Shown here one piece after another: positions 1-9,789 of a DNA stretch of 64,000 nucleotides. The translations under genes and the position numbers were made by a program. The stretch spans positions 15,396 to 79,395 of the forward strand of contig JBKHAN010000002.1 of NCBI GenBank assembly GCA_046542845.1. Direction: 5' to 3'. Each line of letters starts with the position of its first letter. The first letter of the stretch is position 1. The notes under the pieces are model-generated. The model did no database searches and was not told the origin of the DNA. It was given only the letters and a program-made list of their open reading frames with translations. Origin of the DNA: Spirochaetaceae bacterium (GTDB taxonomy: Bacteria > Spirochaetota > Spirochaetia > DSM-27196 > SKKC01).

Positions 1-3000
1 CTCAGCCATACGAAACAACAGTAATTCGGACACCGTCAGCTCGTGTTGCGACAGTTCGACGCCGTAGTCGGCCATCATCCGATCGGCCATGTCCAGCCGG
101 GATCTGACCGCATTCACCGTCTCGGCCACTTGCGACTGCTGTGAGCGGACCCGCCCGTCCCGGTGCGACTCGTGCTCGAGGGCAAGCCCTGCGAACAGAC
201 GCGAAGCTCTCGCCGCAGGGTCCACGCCCCTGTCTCCAAGGCTCGCGAGATGAACTACGTCTGCGGTGGCATCGCGAACCCGCTCGGCCACGACTGTACC
301 GGTGGCGGTGCCGACCGAGAGCGTCACCGCACCCGACAGCACATCCGAGTACAGCCGCTCACCTGCCTCGCTGCCGAAACTGTAGAGGCTGCGAAGGGCA
401 GTACCGACGGAACGCGTCCCCTCGTAGTCCGGTGCAAAGACGGTCGTTCGGCTCAATGCGTGCGCTGCTATCTTCAACTGCTCGGCGTACACGGGAAGCC
501 CCGAAGCGAGGACCTGAAACCGGCGTGCGCTCGCGTCGATTCCACCGGAACCGAGCCGTATACCCGCCGCTGTCCCGCCGACATTCAGCTCTGCCAGCCC
601 GGCAGATGCGCCGGTCCGAAATCCCTGTATGCCCGCGATCTGCGTAAGATCGGCGAAATTCAGTACATTGAGCGTTGCGGACCCGGTGAGCCCGTGTTGC
701 AGCCCGAACTCCACGGCGCTGCCCACGCCCCCCGCGACCGCGCTCGCCGCCCCCCGATCAGCTGCGGAGAACCCGTTGAGGTCGCCGGTAAGAAGACTTC
801 CGCTGATGCGGCCCGCCGTACGGGCAATCGTGTCCGGCCCGGCGATGCCTCGCAGAAACCGTTCAGTCGAAAAACCGTTTGTCCCGAGGGCGTACACTGC
901 CGACCGCCCCGTGTTCGTGATCGCAAGTTCTCCAGCGGTGGACGCGAGCTCTCCGCCCCATCCCCGGCCGATTGCTCCTGTAATGCGGGATCCGGCAGAC
1001 CCTCCGAGGCTCCCGATTCCGACCGATGCAGCGTTCGTCAGGCTTCGAAGTGCGGCCTCTGAGGCGTCGGCCTCGCCGGACACAACATCCAGCGCAGAGG
1101 TGAGCGTGCTCGTACCAAGGCTCAGAGCGAGAGAGGCTCCTGCCGACATGAATCCACCGGCAACGCCGGCCCCGACGTGCAGAACATCGGAGATGGAAAA
1201 GGCGTTCTCGGCGTCCCAGAGACGGACGTTGTGGAAACCCTGTTGCAGTTCGCCATAACCGAGTCCCTGAAGCGATTGATAGTACATGAAGGGTCCATAC
1301 AGCGAGTGAAGCTCACCGCGACCGCGAAAGGCAATGTTCCCACGCCACCCGAGAGCCGTGTCGACACGGGGGAAAAGCTCCGGCGCATATCCGACGTGAG
1401 CGCCGAATGCACCGGGCATCAGCGTCGCCGCTTGATCGCGGTGCAGCACCTCCTCCTCATCGCCGTAGTCGATCAGCTCGGCGAGCCACCCGCGTTCGAG
1501 GCTCCGGCGAAGTACGGTGGCGGCATCCGGGTCGACGCGCCCCCCACCTGAACGCTCCGCGTCGCTGCCGAAGATCCGTTCGAGTTCGGTCGCGACCGAC
1601 TGCTGCGCCGCGGCGACCCGTTGTGAGACCGCAACGCTGCCTGAGGCGGCGAGACTGTGCAGGGACGTCCCTGAAGGCAGGTCGAAGCGGAAATCGCGAA
1701 AGGCTCTGTAGGGACGAATGCGGTGTCGCTCCCGCGTGCTCCCCTGCATCGTGTTTCCAACGAGCGTATCACGAACATATGAATCGGCCTCGCGGCGAAA
1801 TCCGGCTCGTGTAAAGGTGCGATGAATCGACTCTGCTACAGCGGCATTCGCTGAGTCGACCATGTGCATGGCTTCGTTTCGAATTCCATTCAGCTCTGAG
1901 ATAACATGTCCCGAGTGCACAAGGCTCAATCGCCGGGCAGTCTCGTCGTCTCCCCGGGACCGTGTCTCCTGCACGTGACGCAGTATCTCGACTTCAGATA
2001 CCGTCGCAAAGGGTCGCCCTGCGGCCACGCTCGTGCGATCGAACAAGTCCTCATGGTCACGGTTCGCGGCGGCATCGTGCAGGGAAAGGTTTTCGCGCGC
2101 AGCACGCAGCACACGTGAAAGTGTGTAAGCCGGCGAAAGATCGTCCACAAGTTCGTGCAACGCACCATCCCTGCTTTCCGTATGCGAACGAACCACGGGA
2201 GGCACGGCACGCGAGAGAATCTCGCGGACCAGGCGATCCGGTGATTCGTGGCCCTCGGCGTCGCGTGTCCATCCTCGTCGAAGCTCAAGCAGTTGCTCGT
2301 GACGCAACTCGTATTCGGCAGCTGTACGTTCGTAGGCGTGTGCTCGGTCCTGAAGCACGTCCGCGTAGCGCGAAACCAGTTCGTCGCCCGCGTCCTGCCA
2401 CGCCTGCCGCCCTCGGTCTTCGACTTCTTTGAGCTGGGCATGTCTCTGCCGTGCAGCGGCCGCGAGTCCGTCACGCATTAGATCCGTCCGCTCGCGAAAC
2501 GCCGCGCGGTCGTACTCGTCCCGCTCGTCGAGCCGTCGTCTGTAGTACTCGTGCAGAGTAGCGATCCGCTCCTCAGACAGAGACTGATGATGAAACGGCA
2601 GCTCCTGCGGGAACCGCTCGTACGCGTCGAGGAGGGCGCGCTTCAGACCTGCCGGGTCACGGTTCCCGGTGTCCTGTGCCGCCGCCTCAAGGAACGCGTC
2701 TTCGTCGCGTCGGAAGGCGAGCGATACGCGTTGCAGCTCTGAAAAAAGGTCGTGCGTAGCGTCGTTCAAACGCACACGGGGATTATCCGCTGTTCTTTCT
2801 ACGAGCGACACTGCGAAGGACTCTGCGCCTCCCCTGCTCCCGGGGGAAGACGCTATAATATGCGGGAGGTCGCTCAGCCCGCCGCGGGTCAGGGCTTCTC
2901 GCCGTGATTCAAGCTCTGCGTGACGCGAGGACAACGAGGCGTATGCACGAAACTCCGCTTCGATGTCGGCCACGCTCTCCCGGTATTCCTGCGCAAAGCC

Positions 3001-6000
3001 GAGTGCCGACAGATCGTCATGGAGCTCCTCATAACTGCCCGCGGCCCGACCCGCGGCCGCAGCGAGACTCAACTCAACAGTAGAACGAAGCATGAGCGTC
3101 GCCATGAGCGGTGGCGAGAAGAAGCTCGCAAGTCCCGAGAAGTAGAAACCCATTCCGATTGCGGTGAGCGTCCGGCTGCTGCGTCGACTCCGGCGGGCGA
3201 GCTCGCTGCTCCGGTCCATCGCGTGAGCAACCACGGTCGCGGGAGCCGACAGATACTCGATTTCCGACAGGAGATGATCGCCCTGTAAGGCCGATTCCTC
3301 GCGGTATGCGCGGTAGCTGCGGTACAGACTGCGAAGCTCCTGGTCCGCTTCGATGTGCGCGAGCGCTGCCTGCCCTTCTTCAAGGATGTACGCACCGAGA
3401 TCGGTGGGACTGCGAAAGGCGCCACCCCGCGTCAATGCATCGTGCAGAACAGGAGATACTATGCGCTCGGGTGTCATGAATCCGGACTCCGACCCGTTCC
3501 GGCCAGCTTCATAATCTCCGTAGGCTTCCGCATACATGGCCAGGCTGAAGCGATTCAGAAGCGTGCTTCCGTCCTCCTGAAGACGATCGGCAACCCGCAA
3601 AAACCAGTCGTGCCTGTCGCCGAGCGCGTCGCTCTCCGGACTGCGGAAGACGCCGTCGCGGGCGACCTGCATTTCCCGCGAGACGTCCTCGGTCTCCTCG
3701 TGTATGTCGCGGGTCAGTTCGTGAACCTCGCGCAGCAGATACTCCGCTTCAAGGCGTCCGGTGGCCAGGTCCGTGTATTCTGCGAAGCGCTCTGTGTCCC
3801 GCTCCACCACGTGCAGCTCCTCAAGCTCGTCGTGCGCCGCGGCGAGCGCTGACACCGCCTGATCGTAGCGCATCTCCACGTCCTCAGGGGTAAGCGAGAA
3901 ACTCCTCGCGTACACATCGACACTGCGCGCAATGGTGTACGCGTGCCGAGCCGCTTCTTCTTCGTCAATCGCATCCTCAAGGCTTGACTGTACCGTCTCG
4001 AGAACGCGGATCTCGTCCGAAAGCATCTCGAGCTGGCCTTCCCACTGTCGTACGATCGATGCCCGCTCGTCCCGGATCTGTTCAATCCGGTGGTTCATCT
4101 CGTGGAGCTCAGCGGCAGCCTCCTCCGGGTCATGCTGCAGCGCTTCCTGCAGCTGCGATCGTCGCACCATGAGGTTCGAGTAGAGACGGTCGTACTCTGA
4201 TCGGAGTTCGGCCTCCTCCGCGTAGCCCTCCGCCGACCGTTCCAATAGCTCTTCGGCAGCGGCGAACAGCTCCCCGGCGCTGCCGGCGGGCGTGGTCACG
4301 CCGTCGTAGGGCTGCAGTGCCGATACCATGCCGTTCAGCACCTCGCGTTCGCGGCGGTACACCCGGAGAGACTCGTCGGACCCGGCTGAAGCGGTTGACC
4401 CGGCCTCGAGCAGGGCCTGTGTCGTCCGGAGGTACTGCTCCTGAAGCACGGGTACGGAATCCATTTCAGGATCGAGTTCGTGATGCAGACCGGCGTCGAG
4501 GAACGCGTGCAGGTCGTCGCCGGCGGGAAGCGCAGACACACGTTCCCGGGCAGATTCGATGCGCGCGGGCGTCAGGACGTACTGTTCGAGATACTCGTAG
4601 CGCAGGGCTGCGTTTCGAGCAGAGGTCCGGGCGTTCGCGTCCCGCCAGCCGTCGATCGCGTGCGCGGACAGCTCACGCGCGACCGACGCCGAAGAAATCG
4701 CGTGTAAGATAGTCGGATCCTCTCGCTCCATGCGACTGAGTGCTTCCTCAAGCGCGTCGCCCGCCTCAGAGGATGCCGCGTCCTCCGGCAGGCCGTCGAG
4801 TAACTCGTCGATCCACGCTGCGACCCGCAGAACATCGCCGCTTCCGTATGCAGCATCCTCTGCCCCCGTCGCTCCGTGCAGCAGGATTCGCGCTTCGACC
4901 GACAGCTCAGTTTCGTCGGCCGCTGTGTCTTCGACGAAACGCGCGCGCTCAAGCTCGAGTGACAGCTGGGAGCGTATCCGCTGCAGTTCAAGACGTGCAA
5001 ATGTATCCGCGTTCGACTCCGGCTCCCCGGCATACGGGTCGAGCGCGTCGGCGAATACACTGACCTCAAGAATCGATGCACGGAGCATGTCCCGGAGTAC
5101 GCGCGCAGCGTGCGGGTAATCGGAAGCTGCCTCGGACAAGAGGTAGGTGGCCGAATCGGTCTGTGCTGAAGCGCGTATGCTTCTGAGAGCCGTTTCGGTA
5201 TCGCCGGCGGCGAAAGCCCGGGATGCGCTTTCAGCAGAATCGCCGCCAAGCTGGTCGAATACCGCTCGCGAATGCTCTTCGAGCGCTTCTTGCCGCTCGC
5301 CGAAATACAGGAACCGCTCGGCGTCGTGTTCCCGCTCCATGACACCGATCAGCACGTCGAGAAGCGCGTCGGCGTCATCGACAGCATCCCCGCCTCCGGT
5401 GAACCCGGTCCACGCTGCGACCGCATCAGCGGCAAGACGTTCGAGGAGTTCTTCCCCCGGTGCATCGAGGCGGCCGAGATACGCCCGCTGTCGCTCGTTC
5501 AACTCGGTAATTTCGAGGTCTGTTTCCCGAACAAGATCCGCGAACGATCGCTGCTCGGTCCTCAGTGACTCGATGCGAGCGGAAAGCTCGCGCATCTCCG
5601 CGCTGAGCTCGTGTACCGTCGCGGACGCGCGGGAAGCAGCCTCAGAGGCATACAGCAGGTTTTCTGCCGTCTCGGCAGCCGTTTCCCTGTTCGGGGACTC
5701 AGTACGTGCGTAGTCGCGGACGTGTTCCCAGACCGCGAGTTCCTCTTCGGCGCGGTCGATCGCGTATTCGGCGCGCGCGATTTCCCGGCTTTCGGGACCG
5801 TACCCCGCGTCGCCGTGGTATTCGTTCACAAAGCGGTCCATGGCATGCGCAGTGTCCGCTGCGATGCCTGCGTGGCGTTCTGCTTCCTGTTCCCAGTAGT
5901 CCCGCTCTGCGGCCGACTCGGGTCGGTCCAGAGACGTCCAGAGCTCCGCGGCGGTTCGTGCCGTTCGCTCGGCGGCCCGGCTTGAGCGGTAGAGGTTTAC

Positions 6001-6939
6001 GGCTGCCGAAAGCCGCTCATCCGCAGCGCTTCGGCGAGCCCGTATCGCTTGTGCCTCCGCGTCGGCTGCAACGGCGCGCTGCCGTTCGAAGGCCTCCCGC
6101 TGCTGTTCATGCCACATCGTTTCATTCGATACGAGCTCGCGAAACGACTCTTCCCAGGTCTGCCGCTGACCGGAGAGCCGGGAAAAGGCGTTCTGCCACG
6201 TCGCTCGCTCCGTCGAATACGCGGCATGCGTCGCTTCCTCCCACCGGAGACGTTCGGCGAGCAGGTCGGCTTCGGCTTCGTTCCACAGACCCTGAGCTTC
6301 GGCCACTGCCGCTGCGTAGCTTTCGTGGTCGGACGACCGCGGACCGTCCGGACGGCCGGTAACCGCAGGACGAACCGACGAAGAAGATTCGAAGAGCCAC
6401 GGCGCGTTGAGATACGATGCTGTCTCCAGGGGGGAGTTTCTCTCGGTAATGCGTCTGAGGCTTTCATGATCATATTTCCGTCTCGAGGTCACACGAGCCG
6501 ACTCAAGCTCTATGACGGTCTCAAGAGCGGGAACCTGACGACGGGCGTTGTCCCAGATCGCTTCGCGTTCTTCATGGTCTGAGTCTGCGTCGAGGCTGTC
6601 GACGCGACGCAGAGCGTCAAAGAGTCGCAGGCTTTCAAGTCCCGGCTCCCGCGTCGTTTCCCGGCTGTCACGCCAGCTGCGAAACGCTTCGTGCAGATAC
6701 GCGTCGAGATCCGCCTCCAGCTGTGCAGATGACTCCTGCGGCAGCCGGGAATGGCGGATGGCATAATCCCTTGCGGACGAGCCGTAGCTCCACCATTCTT
6801 CCTCGGTATTCGCGCGGGATGCGCGATCGAGGTACTCGTCAAGGTCCTGTCCGGGAATCGCATCGAGAGTCGTCGCGGCAAGCCCGAAAACAAGCGCCGC
6901 CGCGGCGTGTGAGAACCGTCTGCGTTCGGTCGTCGGCAT
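1..6939 (-). CDS. Giant hypothetical protein with a signal peptide, rich in Glu/Ala/Arg/Leu. At least 2,313 aa are visible and the C-terminus lies beyond base 1. It is not in the supplied ORF track.
   Basis: Manual minus-strand translation from ATG 6939-6937 stays open through every codon down to base 1. AAGGAGG lies at 6950-6944 and there is an in-frame TGA upstream at 7008-7006. The last visible residues are ...VELSQHELTVSELLLFRMAE at 60-1. The track lists no minus-strand ORF in this frame (end coordinate divisible by 3) anywhere in 1-6962, as expected for an ORF with no stop in the window. Every ORF the track does list there is a short Arg/Ser/Pro-rich off-frame product. The N-terminus MPTTERRRFSHAAAALVFGLAATTLDAIPGQD looks like a Sec signal. 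A hydrophobic stretch TLTAIGMGFYFSGLASFFSPPLMATLML lies at about 3171-3085, and a Gly/Ala/Ser-rich hydrophobic region at about 1185-640. Confidence 0.85.
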   Translation of the reverse strand, partial: MPTTERRRFSHAAAALVFGLAATTLDAIPGQDLDEYLDRASRANTEEEWWSYGSSARDYAIRHSRLPQESSAQLEADLDAYLHEAFRSWRDSRETTREPGLESLRLFDALRRVDSLDADSDHEEREAIWDNARRQVPALETVIELESARVTSRRKYDHESLRRITERNSPLETASYLNAPWLFESSSSVRPAVTGRPDGPRSSDHESYAAAVAEAQGLWNEAEADLLAERLRWEEATHAAYSTERATWQNAFSRLSGQRQTWEESFRELVSNETMWHEQQREAFERQRAVAADAEAQAIRARRSAADERLSAAVNLYRSSRAAERTARTAAELWTSLDRPESAAERDYWEQEAERHAGIAADTAHAMDRFVNEYHGDAGYGPESREIARAEYAIDRAEEELAVWEHVRDYARTESPNRETAAETAENLLYASEAASRASATVHELSAEMRELSARIESLRTEQRSFADLVRETDLEITELNERQRAYLGRLDAPGEELLERLAADAVAAWTGFTGGGDAVDDADALLDVLIGVMEREHDAERFLYFGERQEALEEHSRAVFDQLGGDSAESASRAFAAGDTETALRSIRASAQTDSATYLLSEAASDYPHAARVLRDMLRASILEVSVFADALDPYAGEPESNADTFARLELQRIRSQLSLELERARFVEDTAADETELSVEARILLHGATGAEDAAYGSGDVLRVAAWIDELLDGLPEDAASSEAGDALEEALSRMEREDPTILHAISSASVARELSAHAIDGWRDANARTSARNAALRYEYLEQYVLTPARIESARERVSALPAGDDLHAFLDAGLHHELDPEMDSVPVLQEQYLRTTQALLEAGSTASAGSDESLRVYRREREVLNGMVSALQPYDGVTTPAGSAGELFAAAEELLERSAEGYAEEAELRSEYDRLYSNLMVRRSQLQEALQHDPEEAAAELHEMNHRIEQIRDERASIVRQWEGQLEMLSDEIRVLETVQSSLEDAIDEEEAARHAYTIARSVDVYARSFSLTPEDVEMRYDQAVSALAAAHDELEELHVVERDTERFAEYTDLATGRLEAEYLLREVHELTRDIHEETEDVSREMQVARDGVFRSPESDALGDRHDWFLRVADRLQEDGSTLLNRFSLAMYAEAYGDYEAGRNGSESGFMTPERIVSPVLHDALTRGGAFRSPTDLGAYILEEGQAALAHIEADQELRSLYRSYRAYREESALQGDHLLSEIEYLSAPATVVAHAMDRSSELARRSRRSSRTLTAIGMGFYFSGLASFFSPPLMATLMLRSTVELSLAAAAGRAAGSYEELHDDLSALGFAQEYRESVADIEAEFRAYASLSSRHAELESRREALTRGGLSDLPHIIASSPGSRGGAESFAVSLVERTADNPRVRLNDATHDLFSELQRVSLAFRRDEDAFLEAAAQDTGNRDPAGLKRALLDAYERFPQELPFHHQSLSEERIATLHEYYRRRLDERDEYDRAAFRERTDLMRDGLAAAARQRHAQLKEVEDRGRQAWQDAGDELVSRYADVLQDRAHAYERTAAEYELRHEQLLELRRGWTRDAEGHESPDRLVREILSRAVPPVVRSHTESRDGALHELVDDLSPAYTLSRVLRAARENLSLHDAAANRDHEDLFDRTSVAAGRPFATVSEVEILRHVQETRSRGDDETARRLSLVHSGHVISELNGIRNEAMHMVDSANAAVAESIHRTFTRAGFRREADSYVRDTLVGNTMQGSTRERHRIRPYRAFRDFRFDLPSGTSLHSLAASGSVAVSQRVAAAQQSVATELERIFGSDAERSGGGRVDPDAATVLRRSLERGWLAELIDYGDEEEVLHRDQAATLMPGAFGAHVGYAPELFPRVDTALGWRGNIAFRGRGELHSLYGPFMYYQSLQGLGYGELQQGFHNVRLWDAENAFSISDVLHVGAGVAGGFMSAGASLALSLGTSTLTSALDVVSGEADASEAALRSLTNAASVGIGSLGGSAGSRITGAIGRGWGGELASTAGELAITNTGRSAVYALGTNGFSTERFLRGIAGPDTIARTAGRISGSLLTGDLNGFSAADRGAASAVAGGVGSAVEFGLQHGLTGSATLNVLNFADLTQIAGIQGFRTGASAGLAELNVGGTAAGIRLGSGGIDASARRFQVLASGLPVYAEQLKIAAHALSRTTVFAPDYEGTRSVGTALRSLYSFGSEAGERLYSDVLSGAVTLSVGTATGTVVAERVRDATADVVHLASLGDRGVDPAARASRLFAGLALEHESHRDGRVRSQQSQVAETVNAVRSRLDMADRMMADYGVELSQHELTVSELLLFRMAE

Positions 6940-6980
6940 GGCACCTCCTTCTGACAGTACATACACAGCGAACACTCGTT

Positions 6981-7009
6981 TTGATTGGCGGAAATTTCTT
7001 TTCAATCAA
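6981..7009. promoter_or_regulatory. Inverted repeat TTGATTG-N15-CAATCAA in the 108-bp divergent intergenic region; candidate operator
   Basis: TTGATTG at 6981-6987 and its exact reverse complement CAATCAA at 7003-7009. The repeat sits between the giant ORF start (6939) and the TolC-like start (7048), and the spacer is AT-rich. No regulator gene is visible in the window. Confidence 0.3.
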
Positions 7010-7047
7010 CCTTCGGATCAGCCGTGTACATAGCGTCGGAGGGTCCC

Positions 7048-8448
7048 ATGCACGTACGAACGATTCTTGCGCCGGGAGTGCTTCTCGCGAGCCTGTCGAC
7101 CGGACTCATTTTAAGCCCTGTCGAAGCGGCTCAAGCGGAAGCGCTCTCAAACGCCGTCATCATTACACGTACGGCCGACGCGCTTGAGCTTGCGCGTGAA
7201 CACGACATCGCGATCGAATACTACCGTAGCGAAGAAGCGTTCGTCCGGCGCAACCTCGATGACCTGACCCGCATACGCCTGCCTGAGATACAGGGTTCGA
7301 TCGCGAGCAGCAGGAACCGGGTGCAGAACCAGGCTGATGCACACAGCGTTGAACTGCAGGTCGGCGCATCACTGCCACTGTACGACGGGGGACGTCGTGA
7401 CGCTCAACGGAACGCGGTGAGCGCTGAACTTGGCCTGCGTGCCATCGGGCGGGAAGAACACGAGTCACAGCGAACGGCCTCGGTTGTGGAACTCCTCGCA
7501 AGCTATGAGTTTGCTGTGCAGGCGGCACGAATCGGGGAGCAGCACTACCGCCGGTCGCAGGTCGAACTCGACGCGCGTTTGCGCGATCACGAGCTGGGAC
7601 TGCTTACCGGCTACGAGCTTCAGGTCATGGAGCTGTCGGTAGAACGGGCGGCGATCGAAGTCGCGCAGCGCAGCAATACCGCAGAGGATCTTCACAGCAG
7701 ATTGAGGATCATGCTGGGTGTCGAAGAACCCGTCGCGCTTACGATACATCCGACGATCAGGCCCGGCAGCGATCCGCCTTCGATACGAAACGGTTTCGGG
7801 GTACTTCTTTCCGAAGCACTCGGATCCGATCCGACCATACAGCGTCTGCGCTTCGAGCGCGACAGAACCTCCGCGCTGCGCGACGCGATGCCTTCAGCGC
7901 TCACACCGGTCGTCGAGGGAACCGCCGGTGTGTCCATGAGAGGTGAGCCTCTGCCGCTTGCCTCGCCTGCGCTGCGCTTCGAGTTGCGCTTCTCGTGGCC
8001 GGGGCTCCGTAGCGGATATCTGGGATTCGGCGGTGGTCTCGCATTCGACACGGGGAACACCGCCTCGCGAAGGCTGAGCGTACAGACCGGCTCGTCAACG
8101 CGGGTTCAGTCCGAGGCTGCCCTGACACGTCGTCGCGTGGATGCCGGGCAGGCGCAGGAGGCGCTTGAGCGTGGTGAACACGAACTCGCGAGCTGGATAC
8201 GCAGAGCGCTGCGTGACTACACGCATCTGGGCACCGTTCGCGACACGGACCTGGAGGCGATTGCCCTTGCCGAGCTTGTCGTCGCGCGTACACGCCGCGA
8301 GGCCGAAGACGGACACAGTCGTTCGACCGCAGTTCTCGAAGCAGAATACCAGCACGCTCAGGCACAGCTGGCCGAACTTGAGACGACGTTTCAGATGGTA
8401 CGGCTGTACCAGCAGCTTCAGGTCCGCACGGGACTCGCACAGCCATGA
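7048..8448 (+). CDS. Outer membrane efflux protein (TolC/OEP family)
   Basis: Track ORF 6985-8448 (TTG start) trimmed to ATG 7048, with GGAGG at 7038-7042. Signal peptide MHVRTILAPGVLLASLSTGLILSPVEAAQA. OEP-like helical repeats with the LPLYDGGRRDAQRNA motif. The stop overlaps the next start (ATGA, 8445-8448). Confidence 0.8.
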   Translation: MHVRTILAPGVLLASLSTGLILSPVEAAQAEALSNAVIITRTADALELAREHDIAIEYYRSEEAFVRRNLDDLTRIRLPEIQGSIASSRNRVQNQADAHSVELQVGASLPLYDGGRRDAQRNAVSAELGLRAIGREEHESQRTASVVELLASYEFAVQAARIGEQHYRRSQVELDARLRDHELGLLTGYELQVMELSVERAAIEVAQRSNTAEDLHSRLRIMLGVEEPVALTIHPTIRPGSDPPSIRNGFGVLLSEALGSDPTIQRLRFERDRTSALRDAMPSALTPVVEGTAGVSMRGEPLPLASPALRFELRFSWPGLRSGYLGFGGGLAFDTGNTASRRLSVQTGSSTRVQSEAALTRRRVDAGQAQEALERGEHELASWIRRALRDYTHLGTVRDTDLEAIALAELVVARTRREAEDGHSRSTAVLEAEYQHAQAQLAELETTFQMVRLYQQLQVRTGLAQP

Positions 8449-9788
8449 AGCGTCTGGTTCTCGCCTCTGCGCTGCTCTCAGGCGCGTGTACCGCAACCCC
8501 GCACACGACCTCCGGGCCCGAGGAGATTCGACGCGTTCACGTCGGCGAACTGCGGCCGGAGCAGGTCGAGGAGACGATACCCGTTTTCGGGACGCTCGTG
8601 CCGCGGCAGGAAATACGTGTCAGCGCGCCGTCGTCCGGAACCGTCGCCGGGATCGAGGTCGAGGAGGGAGCCACGGCGAGTCGCGGCGTTCTTCTCGTAC
8701 GCATACAGAACGAACAGATTTCCGCTCGCAGGCGTCAGGTCTCCGGCGAGGTGTCTGCCGCCGCGCATGCCGTGCAGCTGGCGAAAGCGAGGATTGACGC
8801 GACGCGCAGGAACATCTTGCAGCGTGTCACACGGCTTGGAGGACTCGCGCACGCGACGGAGCTCGAACGAATCGAGTACGAGCGTGCGGCGGAGCGACTC
8901 CGGCAGGCGGACCAACGTCTGGAATCCGGTGGTATCTCGCCTGAAGAGCACGCGTCCTTCGCTCATGCTTCTTCCACCGCGGAGCTTCACCTGCGCATCG
9001 CGGAGAACGAGCAAGCGGTACTCGCCGCCGAGCTTGGTGCAGACACACAGGCGGGAGCGCTCGATGTCGCAAGCCGGATGTACGTCGAGGAAATTCTGTC
9101 GCACAACCTCCATATGGTACGTGCACAGCTCGCCTCCGAGGAAGCACGCCTTCGCGTAGCAGTCGCCGAGCAGGACGCAGTTGTCGATCTCCATGAATCG
9201 CTGTCGGTACGCGCCCCGGGCAATGGTCGCATAGCGCGCGTTCACGTCGAGTCCGGTGAACGGGTAGAACCGGGGACCCTGCTGCTCACGCTGCACGGCA
9301 CGTCTACTCCCGATCTGAATGTTCGGCTTCACGAGTCAGGCCTTCAACAGATTCGCATAGGTTCCAGGGTTGCGGTAACCATTCCGGCAGTCTCAGCGGA
9401 GCTGCGAAGCGCTGAAGTGCGACGCATCGGGGTGGCTGCTGATCCACGTTCGGGGTCGGTGTCCGTACTGATTCGGCTGCACGGGACCGCAGCCGAGTTG
9501 CGACCGGGTATGTACGCAGAAGCGAGCATACACGCGGAACGCGCGAGAAGCGGGATCCATATTCCGGCTTCAGCCATGCGCGAGCACGAAGCGGACCGAG
9601 CCTCGGTCTGGGTACTCGCGGCAGACCGTGTGTTTCCCCGGGAGATCTCAGTCTCTGAAGCGCGTAGGGATGGCAGCTATCGCCTCCTGAGCGGTCTCGA
9701 GGAAGGGGAGATCATAGTCCTGGAGAACCATTCCGGACTGCGCCCGGGAGAACACGTTCATGCGGTGTTCGAAACAGAGGAGGATTAA
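8445..9788 (+). CDS. Periplasmic adaptor (membrane fusion protein, HlyD/RND-MFP family); probable lipoprotein
   Basis: N-terminus MKRLVLASALLSGAC has a relaxed lipobox. Two lipoyl-like half motifs are present: IRVSAPSSGTVAGIEVEEGATASRGVLLVRI and LSVRAPGNGRIARVHVESGERVEPGTLLLTL. They flank a long helical hairpin, which is typical of MFPs. Confidence 0.8.
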   Translation: MKRLVLASALLSGACTATPHTTSGPEEIRRVHVGELRPEQVEETIPVFGTLVPRQEIRVSAPSSGTVAGIEVEEGATASRGVLLVRIQNEQISARRRQVSGEVSAAAHAVQLAKARIDATRRNILQRVTRLGGLAHATELERIEYERAAERLRQADQRLESGGISPEEHASFAHASSTAELHLRIAENEQAVLAAELGADTQAGALDVASRMYVEEILSHNLHMVRAQLASEEARLRVAVAEQDAVVDLHESLSVRAPGNGRIARVHVESGERVEPGTLLLTLHGTSTPDLNVRLHESGLQQIRIGSRVAVTIPAVSAELRSAEVRRIGVAADPRSGSVSVLIRLHGTAAELRPGMYAEASIHAERARSGIHIPASAMREHEADRASVWVLAADRVFPREISVSEARRDGSYRLLSGLEEGEIIVLENHSGLRPGEHVHAVFETEED

Positions 9789-9789
9789 C

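Noticed and set aside
141-6962. About 60 short ORFs listed by the track on both strands across the first 7 kb
   Set aside because: All are Arg/Ser/Pro/Ala-rich products typical of off-frame or antisense reading of a high-GC gene, and none is in the frame of the giant ORF. They are best explained as shadows of the single minus-strand ORF at 1-6939.
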